IMG/VR virus record: IMGVR_UViG_3300050505_000370
Origin: a virus
Direction: 5' to 3' (one strand)
Length of the DNA stretch: 64,000 nt
A program made the translations under genes and the position numbers. Position 1 is the stretch's first letter; the number at the start of each line of letters is the position of its first letter. The notes under the pieces were generated by a model that had not been told where the DNA came from, made no database searches, and saw nothing but the letters and a program-made list of their open reading frames with translations. This document shows positions 27,688-35,540 of this stretch, piece after piece.

Positions 27688-29243
27688 TGATAAGAACAAC
27701 AAAGAAATTTCTCTCTTCCTTTCTTCTCCTTCTTCTCTTAGTTACTCACCTCTATGGGCAACAGGACCCTGCGGCGGTAGTTCGCTTTGGGACAGCCCTT
27801 CCTGCTTCCTGTAATCCTGCTGGCCCAAATATCTTCTTCAAAACCTCTGCAACTATTGGCCTCTACCAATGCCTAACCCCCAATGCGTGGACTATTGTGG
27901 TGCCGGGGGGTGGAGGAACTGGGAATGTAACTACGGCTGTTACCCTAACAGCCAATGCTATAGTCCTAGGAAATGGGACGGTTGATACAAAGGTTCTTGC
28001 CTCCTTGGGCTCATCAGGGCAGGTTCTAACCTCCAATGGTGCAGGTGTTCCCCCCTCCTTTCAAGCCTCTCCTGGCTTAACTGTTGGTACAACCACAATA
28101 ACGGGAGGAACTTCCACAAGGATCTTCTTCAATAATGCAGGGGTCTTAGGGGAATATACCCTCTCTGGTACTGGCACAGTTGTAGCAATGGCTACCTCTC
28201 CAGACATAACCACTTCCCTAACCACCCCCTCTGCTTCCTTCTCTCTAGTCAATGCTAATGCTACCACAGTTAACCTTGCTGGAGCAGCAACCACCTTAAA
28301 CTTAGGGGCTAATGCTGCTATGGTGCTAAACTTTGGGGGAGGAGCTACAGCAGCAGAGTTCCGCTTCCTAGAACCCTCTGGCTCCGGTACTAACTTCACT
28401 GCCTTCAAAGCAGTTGCCCAAGCAGCTAACATAACCTATTCCCTCCCTGCAACGGTTGGAGCAGCAGGGACCTTCCTTAGGGATGCAGCAGGGAACGGAG
28501 TGCTTGATTGGGCTATCCCTGCTGGTTCGGGAACTATTAACTCAGGAGTAACCAATGCTATTCCTAAATATACAGCGGCTACAACTATAGATGATTCCCT
28601 TCTAACCGATGATGGAACCACTCTATCCTACACAGGAACAGGAGGATTCTCTCTAACAGGGGGGACAGGAGCGGGGACTCTAGAGCTTATCCAAGGAACA
28701 GCCCCCTCTCTTGGTACTACTTCAGTTAAACTCTATGCTGATACCGCTGTTACTTCCTATAAACTTCGTCTTCCTGCTGCCGCGGGTACGGGTTTCCTTT
28801 TAGGAACTAACACAGCTAATGATGTAGTTCTAACCTCTGTTGGTTTCACTGGAACTGGAAATGTAGTGAGAGACACTAGCCCCAACGTGACTGGCCTAAC
28901 TGTCTCTAATGCAGCAGTCACCAACAACGTAGTTCAAAATAGCCAAAGTGCAGCCTACACAACCGTCCTAGCAGATGCAGGGAAGCATATTCTTCATCCT
29001 ACGGCTGATAACAACCCTAGGACCTTTACTATTGACTCTAACGCCAATGTTGCTTACCCCATTGGTACCACTATAACCTTTGTAAACCAGATCAACACAG
29101 TGACTATAGCAATTACCTCGGACACTCTAGTCCTAGCAGGAGCAGGAACCACAGGCTCCCGTACTTTAGCAGCTAATGGGATTGCTACAGCTATTAAGAT
29201 AGCTTCAACTGTGTGGATTATCAATGGAACGGGACTTACCTAA
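27687..29243 (+). CDS. tail fibre-like protein with Sec-type signal peptide
   Basis: Starts at the TAATG junction. N-terminus MIRTTKKFLSSFLLLLLLVTHLYG/QQ. Fibre motif GSSGQVLTSNGAGVPPSFQ. Confidence 0.6.
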   Translation: MIRTTKKFLSSFLLLLLLVTHLYGQQDPAAVVRFGTALPASCNPAGPNIFFKTSATIGLYQCLTPNAWTIVVPGGGGTGNVTTAVTLTANAIVLGNGTVDTKVLASLGSSGQVLTSNGAGVPPSFQASPGLTVGTTTITGGTSTRIFFNNAGVLGEYTLSGTGTVVAMATSPDITTSLTTPSASFSLVNANATTVNLAGAATTLNLGANAAMVLNFGGGATAAEFRFLEPSGSGTNFTAFKAVAQAANITYSLPATVGAAGTFLRDAAGNGVLDWAIPAGSGTINSGVTNAIPKYTAATTIDDSLLTDDGTTLSYTGTGGFSLTGGTGAGTLELIQGTAPSLGTTSVKLYADTAVTSYKLRLPAAAGTGFLLGTNTANDVVLTSVGFTGTGNVVRDTSPNVTGLTVSNAAVTNNVVQNSQSAAYTTVLADAGKHILHPTADNNPRTFTIDSNANVAYPIGTTITFVNQINTVTIAITSDTLVLAGAGTTGSRTLAANGIATAIKIASTVWIINGTGLT

Positions 29244-29244
29244 A

Positions 29245-29973
29245 ATGAAAAAGCCTCTTCTTTTATCTCTTCTCTTTCTTTTCCTCCTTCTAGTGCCTGT
29301 TACTGCCTTTCCTCAATCTGCTCAGTCACAGGTAATGATTAGTCACCACATTACAGGAGGTGGGAGTGCCCCTGTCTTTGATGCAGCAACTACTAGTACC
29401 AACGTTACAAGTTTCTCCCATACTTGTACGGGTTCAAATAGGTTCCTCTTAGTGTCTATCTCCTCGGATGCAGGTGGGGGAACAACTTGGACAGCAGCAA
29501 CCTATAACAGCGTTAGCATGACCTTAGTTGATACTCTCAACAATGCTACCGATGGGGCTAACGTCCGCATAACTGTCTACTCCCTTATTGCTCCTGCCTC
29601 AGGGTCTAACACTGTTGCTGTAACTAGAACAGGTCCTCCTGCTAACTTTATAGTCATAGCTGCAAGTTTCACTGGGGTTAATCAAACTACTCCCTTAGGT
29701 ACCTCTGTTACAGGTTCAGGAACAACTGCTACTCAACCGAGTGTAACTGTGACAAGTGGGGCTAGTGAATTAGTCTATGATGCAATAGCAACCCTCAACT
29801 CCAATGCTGATACCTTTACCGCAGGGAGTGGACAGACTAAAAGGGCTAGTGCTGATGACGCAGGGAATGTAGGAGGTGCTACCTCAACAGAAGCGGGGGC
29901 TGCTTCAGTAGTTATGGATTGGTCATCCCCAACCCGCTATTGGAGTTCTTTAGGGGTAAGTATTAAGCCATGA
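29245..29973 (+). CDS. secreted-type beta-rich protein (242 aa) with signal peptide
   Basis: N-terminus MKKPLLLSLLFLFLLLVPVTAF/PQSAQS. Confidence 0.55.
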   Translation: MKKPLLLSLLFLFLLLVPVTAFPQSAQSQVMISHHITGGGSAPVFDAATTSTNVTSFSHTCTGSNRFLLVSISSDAGGGTTWTAATYNSVSMTLVDTLNNATDGANVRITVYSLIAPASGSNTVAVTRTGPPANFIVIAASFTGVNQTTPLGTSVTGSGTTATQPSVTVTSGASELVYDAIATLNSNADTFTAGSGQTKRASADDAGNVGGATSTEAGAASVVMDWSSPTRYWSSLGVSIKP

Positions 29974-31772
29974 AATATCTAGGTCTTTTATTTCTCCTAA
30001 TTATTTGTCTATCCCTTCCTTCTTCAGCACAAGCAGCAACCTACTATTCAAGTGCTACTGGAAGTGGAACAACCTGCTCTATAGGTAGCCCCTGTGACCT
30101 CCAAGCGGGCCTTGACAAATTAGCTGCTGGTGATACCCTTCTTGTTCGTAGTATAGGAGGGACTTATAATGGGAAGTTTACTATCTCTACCTCTGGGTCT
30201 TCAGGTAGTCGGATAACCATTCAAGCCTACCCTTCAGAGTGGCCTCTTATAGATGGCTTCCTATCAACCACCTTAAATGGTGCTATTAACTCCTCCACAA
30301 CTACCATTGTCTTAACTAGTGGGGTTGGATTCCCCAATGGCTTCGTCATAACCTTCCATGATGGGACGGAAGGGAGTGAGGAACAGGTAATGCTTGGGGG
30401 GAAGAGTGGTAACACCTATAGCTCATGTACAAGGGCATGGAATGGTACAACTGCTGTTAGTCACTCAAATGGGGCAACTATTATCCTAGGGGGAAATCAA
30501 TTTGATGTTAGTGGGAGCTTTCTAACCTTTAAGAACCTCACCATAACCAACACTGACCCTACCCGAATTCAAACCCCTGCCAATAGTCAAAATGCTCCTC
30601 ACTTAAGGGGAGAGAGTTTCTTTAATACTGGTGATAATAATCAGTTCATCAACTGTGTGGTTAGCAATATGCAGGATGGGATTTTTAATGGGCCTGCTGC
30701 CTCAGGACCCGAAATCTATGGATGTCTATTCTACAACAATGGGTATGTGGCGGGAGGAGCTTATAATGGTCATGGGCTCTATCTAATCCATGAAGATGGG
30801 GCAGCAACAGCTAATGTAAAAGAGAATATAATCTTCAACAACTCGAATCATGGTATAAAGGGGGATAGTCAAAATGGTTCGACCATCAATATTTTTAATG
30901 AGGGGAATATATCCTTCAACACAGGGGCTTGGACTAATGGTTCTAGTCGCAACTTTAATATCCTCATGTCCACTAACAATGGGACAGCCTCGGGAATAAC
31001 TGTTAAGGACAACTTCACTTTCCATCCTGATGGAAAAAACGGAACGAATCTAAAGCTAAATATGTCTGGGGGGAGTCTGTCTGTTACAGGGAATTGGATA
31101 GCCCATGGAATTCCGGTTGATATTGCGAATTCAACTCCATTAACGTTTACGGGTAATAATGTTAGAGGAACAAATAATTCTGGAGGTGGTAACAACACCA
31201 TCATCCTCCATATTCCAGCAGCCAGCCCCTCTACTACATGGAACTCTAACTCCTATTTCAACTCCATTACCAGTGGTCTAGGGTACTACTTCGATACAGG
31301 AAGCTCTAATCTATCATTCTCTCAATGGAAAACAAATTCAGGATTTGATGGTTCAACTACAGAAACCCTAAGTGCTCCGGGGAGTAATTGGACTTTTGCT
31401 AGGGCAAACATCTATGATGCTAATAGAGCTAATGCTATTGTCTATAATTGGACTGGAGGAACAACTGCAACGGTAAGTGTGGCAGGAGTGTTCAATAATG
31501 GAGATACCATAGCTATCCATGTAGCAGAGGAAGGGACCTTCCCTGCTGGTACCCCTACTTCATCTGTAGTAGTAAGTGGAGGGAATATAACCGTTCCAAT
31601 GAATGGCACTTCTGTTGTTAGTCAAGTTGGATCTGATGGTTCAATAATAGTCACCCCTATCACTATGCGACCGACCTTTGCAGCTTTCGTCCTCTATCGA
31701 ACTGCTCAGGTTGCGGTAGGGAGTACAGTTAGTGGAAAAGCAACTCTAAGTGGGAAGGCTAAGATTAACTAG
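29970..31772 (+). CDS. right-handed parallel beta-helix (pectate-lyase fold) protein with signal peptide; possible depolymerase/tailspike
   Basis: Signal MKYLGLLFLLIICLSLPSSAQA/AT. N-terminus ATYYSSATGSG..CS.GSPC.LQAGLDKLAAGDTLLVR.GTY is typical of this fold. Repeated N.. / NNSNHGIKGD-type turns. Confidence 0.7.
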   Translation: MKYLGLLFLLIICLSLPSSAQAATYYSSATGSGTTCSIGSPCDLQAGLDKLAAGDTLLVRSIGGTYNGKFTISTSGSSGSRITIQAYPSEWPLIDGFLSTTLNGAINSSTTTIVLTSGVGFPNGFVITFHDGTEGSEEQVMLGGKSGNTYSSCTRAWNGTTAVSHSNGATIILGGNQFDVSGSFLTFKNLTITNTDPTRIQTPANSQNAPHLRGESFFNTGDNNQFINCVVSNMQDGIFNGPAASGPEIYGCLFYNNGYVAGGAYNGHGLYLIHEDGAATANVKENIIFNNSNHGIKGDSQNGSTINIFNEGNISFNTGAWTNGSSRNFNILMSTNNGTASGITVKDNFTFHPDGKNGTNLKLNMSGGSLSVTGNWIAHGIPVDIANSTPLTFTGNNVRGTNNSGGGNNTIILHIPAASPSTTWNSNSYFNSITSGLGYYFDTGSSNLSFSQWKTNSGFDGSTTETLSAPGSNWTFARANIYDANRANAIVYNWTGGTTATVSVAGVFNNGDTIAIHVAEEGTFPAGTPTSSVVVSGGNITVPMNGTSVVSQVGSDGSIIVTPITMRPTFAAFVLYRTAQVAVGSTVSGKATLSGKAKIN

Positions 31773-32867
31773 ATGCCTATTGCTCCACCAAACCTTCCAA
31801 ACTTTGACCGTCGTGTAGGGGAATACCTCCGCCTTTTAGCACAGGAGCATAACGACCTAGAGGGGAAACTAACTAGATTCTACCAACAATACCAATCCAC
31901 CCCGCTTCCCTCTGTCTCTCCTCCCCTCCCGACCGACCCTAACCCAACTTCTCCTGATCCAACTTCTCCTGTGGGGGCTGGAGTTGGGGGTGGAGGAGAT
32001 GGAGGGGGAGGTGGGAGGGGTGGAGATTTAGGAGGGGAAGGATTAGGTGGGCCGGGTGGATCTGGAGGGGTAGGAGGGGTAGGAGGGGTAGGGAGGGACC
32101 TTCCTCTTGCTTCTATCTTATCTGCTAGAAGCTCCTCCCCTCTCCACCTCGATTCCCTCCCTGGGCGCTCGGGCAATCCCCAGATCCCCTTCTGCCCTCG
32201 TGTAGCTGAACTCCCCTCTATAGGCGACCCCCAGAGCCAAGAAGGTTCCCTTTGCATCTTCAACAATGGCATCTATCAATTCGATGGACAGACTTGGGGG
32301 TTTATCTCAGGGTCTTCCCCAGTTGTTGGAGGGAATGAAAAGGTCTACCTCCAAAATAGAACAACAGTTGCCTTTAGTGGAGCAGCCGCTACTGATGGGG
32401 TACTCCACCAAAACACCCCCATCCTTCCTGCTGACTTCAACGCCTTAGGAAAGATCCTCCATGTCTATGCAACTGGCTCCTATAGGACTCAAGCAGGGCA
32501 AACCCCTACCCTTCTAATAAAGGTATTCCTAGACTTCATAGGTACCTCCCCAACAACCCTCCTTCAATGGCAGACAGCAGCGACAACTGCTAGTGTCATT
32601 AACCAATGGTCCCTTGATGCTTACATCTCAGTTAATAACCCAGGAGGGGTGGGGGCAGGGGCATTGAGAGCTACAGGGGATTTTAGGATAGGGCTTAATG
32701 CAGCTAACTTCATTGAGACAGTTCAGGTAGCTAATCCCTTTGGGGGGCTTGTTGATCTAACTATCAACCACTCCCTTGACTTCACGGGACAATTCAGCAC
32801 CCAAACAGGAGGCACCCCCTTTAACTCCATTACCCAAGATTGGACTTTAATTGAACTCTTAAATTAG
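31773..32867 (+). CDS. fibre/receptor-binding-like protein with Pro- and Gly-rich linker (364 aa)
   Basis: Gly-rich run GAGVGGGGDGGGGGRGGDLGGEGLGGPGGSGGVGGVGGVG, then a beta-rich C-terminal domain. Confidence 0.5.
   Translation: MPIAPPNLPNFDRRVGEYLRLLAQEHNDLEGKLTRFYQQYQSTPLPSVSPPLPTDPNPTSPDPTSPVGAGVGGGGDGGGGGRGGDLGGEGLGGPGGSGGVGGVGGVGRDLPLASILSARSSSPLHLDSLPGRSGNPQIPFCPRVAELPSIGDPQSQEGSLCIFNNGIYQFDGQTWGFISGSSPVVGGNEKVYLQNRTTVAFSGAAATDGVLHQNTPILPADFNALGKILHVYATGSYRTQAGQTPTLLIKVFLDFIGTSPTTLLQWQTAATTASVINQWSLDAYISVNNPGGVGAGALRATGDFRIGLNAANFIETVQVANPFGGLVDLTINHSLDFTGQFSTQTGGTPFNSITQDWTLIELLN
32064..32090 (+). repeat. Tandem 9-bp repeat GGAGGGGTA x3 (then GGGAGGG); G-quadruplex-type G-run pattern
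   Basis: Read directly; encodes GGVGGVGGV within ORF 31773-32867. Confidence 0.9.
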
Positions 32868-32878
32868 AAGGAGTAACT

Positions 32879-33262
32879 ATGGCAGCAATAGCACCGGAGA
32901 TAATCCTCTCCTCCTACTTCCTCGATCCCGAAGATTACCACCGCCTCACCCCCATCTTTGAGGAGAATGAAGGAGCCCTACCCCTCCCCTCCATCTCCCA
33001 GATAGCTGTAGTAGAGAGGGAGGACACTAATGAGATAGTGGGGTTCTATGTCTTTCAGCTTATCCCCCATGCTGAACCGATGTGGATACACCCTGACTTC
33101 CGCTCATCGGGGGTGTGGGTGCAGCTTGCTTCTATGATAGAGCCCCTTACCAATCGGAGAGACACCTATATTATAGCAACGACTCCTCAAACTATTGCGA
33201 TGTGTGATAGACTAGGCCTTGCCAAGATTGAGCATCCGGTTTATGTTAAGAGGGCAATCTAA
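32879..33262 (+). CDS. GNAT-like acetyltransferase fold candidate (127 aa)
   Basis: IVGFYVFQLIPHAEPMWIHPDFRSSGVWVQL resembles GNAT beta4-alpha3 (V.P.yRG.G). Weak. Confidence 0.35.
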   Translation: MAAIAPEIILSSYFLDPEDYHRLTPIFEENEGALPLPSISQIAVVEREDTNEIVGFYVFQLIPHAEPMWIHPDFRSSGVWVQLASMIEPLTNRRDTYIIATTPQTIAMCDRLGLAKIEHPVYVKRAI

Positions 33263-33296
33263 CAGCCTTAGCCCTTTTTGCTAAGTGAGGTAGATA

Positions 33297-33983
33297 ATGG
33301 GGTTCGGAGGCCAAAGTAGTGCAGAGAAAGCTCGCTCCGCTGATATAGGTTCTTCAGCTACACAACTTAAGGGCATAGCCAACACAGCACAGGACCGTTC
33401 GGCCAATGCCTTCAAGATGTTTCAGAAGTCAGGCAAGACAGCCTTGGACTTCTTCAAGAACCTTACCACTGGCGACAGGAGCGCCCTCAACGAATTTTTA
33501 GGCCCTGAGCGATCTGCTATCTCCAACTCCTTTGGCGGCTCCATACGGGCCAACAAGGAGCTTTCCCCAAGGGGGGCTGGCGGGGCTGGAGCACAAACCG
33601 ACCTCTCCATAGCTGCTGACACTGCCTTAGGGGAACTCCCTATGAAGGCCCGGAATATGGCTGCCAACGCCCTTAGCTCCCTCTCCTCCACCTTTGGGGG
33701 GCTAAGTCAGGGGTTCACCTCCGAAGCTCTAAGTGGCTTAGGGGAATCCGCAGGGTTAAACTTCCAACTCAATAAGGAGCAAGAGGAGATAAGGGCTAGA
33801 AAGGCTGCTCTATTAGGGCAACTCGGCCAAGCTATAGGGGCAGGGGTTGGGGGGATCGCTACTGGGGGGTTATCTACAGGGATAGGGTTTGGGAAGAATG
33901 CTGCTAAGAGTGGAGGGGGGAACCTTCTTAACCTTCCCCATTCTTCTGCTGCTGGTGGGGCTATCCCAGGCTTTGACTTCTAA
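33297..33983 (+). CDS. internal virion protein candidate (gp14-like position), Gly/Ala/Ser-rich
   Basis: 228 aa; first of three ORFs of increasing size. Confidence 0.4.
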   Translation: MGFGGQSSAEKARSADIGSSATQLKGIANTAQDRSANAFKMFQKSGKTALDFFKNLTTGDRSALNEFLGPERSAISNSFGGSIRANKELSPRGAGGAGAQTDLSIAADTALGELPMKARNMAANALSSLSSTFGGLSQGFTSEALSGLGESAGLNFQLNKEQEEIRARKAALLGQLGQAIGAGVGGIATGGLSTGIGFGKNAAKSGGGNLLNLPHSSAAGGAIPGFDF

Positions 33984-34003
33984 GGGGGAAGGAGGGGGAA
34001 ACT

Positions 34004-34138
34004 ATGGCCGATATGAAACCCATAACCTGGAAGGTCAAACTTATCTCCCTCATCCTCCTTCCCTTCTCCCCCTTTGCCTACCTAAGCTTCTACCTCTTCC
34101 TCAAGGAAAAGCTTAGATCCCTAAAGGAGGCCTTCTAA
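34004..34138 (+). CDS. small membrane protein (44 aa), not in the ORF track
   Basis: ATG 34004 with GGAGGGGGAA upstream. Peptide MADMKPITWKVKLISLILLPFSPFAYLSFYLFLKEKLRSLKEAF. Stop is 1 nt before the next ATG. Confidence 0.4.
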   Translation: MADMKPITWKVKLISLILLPFSPFAYLSFYLFLKEKLRSLKEAF

Positions 34139-34139
34139 T

Positions 34140-35531
34140 ATGTCTTCTCCAGCAGGTTCTTTCCTAACTGGCCTCCTTGGGGGAACCATCCAATCCTCCC
34201 TTGCTGCCTCTGAAAAGAAGCACAAGGAGGACCTAGACAATGAAGCGAACCACTTCCGCATCCTCCACGATGCCTTCCAAACGGCGGTGCAAAGGGGGGA
34301 TGCCCCCGCTATAGCCCACATCCTCCGCACCACAGAGGAGATGCAACAGAATTCCCTAGAGGGGAAGACAGGGGGGAAGGCTAAGGCTGCTAAGGGGAAA
34401 CAGCAGGGGATAATGAGTACCTTTGCTGATATGATTGAAGGGGGAAAGCCTACTGGGGGGATGGAGCCGACCCCCGAGGCAACCCAAGCCACCGAAGCAA
34501 ACAAGGAACTCGCCCCTTTAGATCAAACCCGCCCAAGGGTAGCTACCCAACCAGAGCTAACCAAGCCCCTCTTCCAATCCAACGAGGAGTTAGCAGCGAG
34601 GGAGTTAGAAGCTCAGGAGAAGAAACTTAAAGCCCTTGAGCCCTATAAGCTAAGGGAGATAGAAGCTAGATCACAAGCCTCCATGAGGGCTGATGCGGAG
34701 AAACAAAGGATTAGAAGCGAGTATCGGATGCAGTATGGGAAGATGCTTCAGGAAGGGAGGGAGAACTTAGACCTCAAGAAAACAGCCCTAGCAATAAAGG
34801 CCTCTGCTGAGAATGAAGGGACCCCCATCTCCGATGAGGAAGCCCAAGCAAGGGCAGGGGCTATGATAACCCAAGAACGACAGGGGAAGATGTCCCTTAT
34901 CAACGCTCGCCAAACCCACATGGCTTCCTCTGATGCAAGATCAGATAAGCGACTAGAGGATATGATTCGCCACCATAAGGCCATAGAGGATCACCTTAAG
35001 GTTATAGAGGGGCAGGCTAACCGCCGCCTCTCCCAAGGGGATCAACGCCTTCTCAATAATGCTCCTGAGTTAAAGGGGTATATAGAGCAGGCGAAGAACC
35101 TAAGGGGAAAGGCAGCGGAGTATGGGAAGGCCATGCGACAAGCCTATGCCATAATGAACAACCCCCTTCAAACCGACCCCACTGTCCTAGCGGAAGCTCG
35201 AAAGACCTACGACAATGCGGAGATGCAGAAGAGTCAGATAGATGAGGAGATGGCGACTAACTTGGAGAGGTTTAAGACCAAGGCGGCTGCCGCAGGGATG
35301 CCTTTAGTGGAGGAAGAGGAAGGAGGGGAGGGTAAATCCCTAACCCCTAAGACCCCTAAAGCTCCAGGTAAATCCCTAAAGAAAGCCTCCACCTCCTATC
35401 AAGGAGCTATCTTCCCTGCCTCGGCCCTCCAAAAAGCAGCAGCAGAGGCCTTTCCAGGGGATAGGGATGGGGTTAATAAGCTTAGAAAGGAACTAGCAAA
35501 TAGGAAGGTAGTTATTGCTGAAGATCAGTAA
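34140..35531 (+). CDS. internal virion protein candidate (gp15-like position), coiled-coil rich
   Basis: 463 aa, Lys/Glu/Ala/Gln-rich. Confidence 0.4.
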   Translation: MSSPAGSFLTGLLGGTIQSSLAASEKKHKEDLDNEANHFRILHDAFQTAVQRGDAPAIAHILRTTEEMQQNSLEGKTGGKAKAAKGKQQGIMSTFADMIEGGKPTGGMEPTPEATQATEANKELAPLDQTRPRVATQPELTKPLFQSNEELAARELEAQEKKLKALEPYKLREIEARSQASMRADAEKQRIRSEYRMQYGKMLQEGRENLDLKKTALAIKASAENEGTPISDEEAQARAGAMITQERQGKMSLINARQTHMASSDARSDKRLEDMIRHHKAIEDHLKVIEGQANRRLSQGDQRLLNNAPELKGYIEQAKNLRGKAAEYGKAMRQAYAIMNNPLQTDPTVLAEARKTYDNAEMQKSQIDEEMATNLERFKTKAAAAGMPLVEEEEGGEGKSLTPKTPKAPGKSLKKASTSYQGAIFPASALQKAAAEAFPGDRDGVNKLRKELANRKVVIAEDQ

Positions 35532-35540
35532 GGATGATGA

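Noticed and set aside
18433-32867. Diversity-generating retroelement acting on the fibre-like genes
   Set aside because: The fibre genes share short motifs, but I found no reverse transcriptase ORF and no near-identical template/variable repeat pair.
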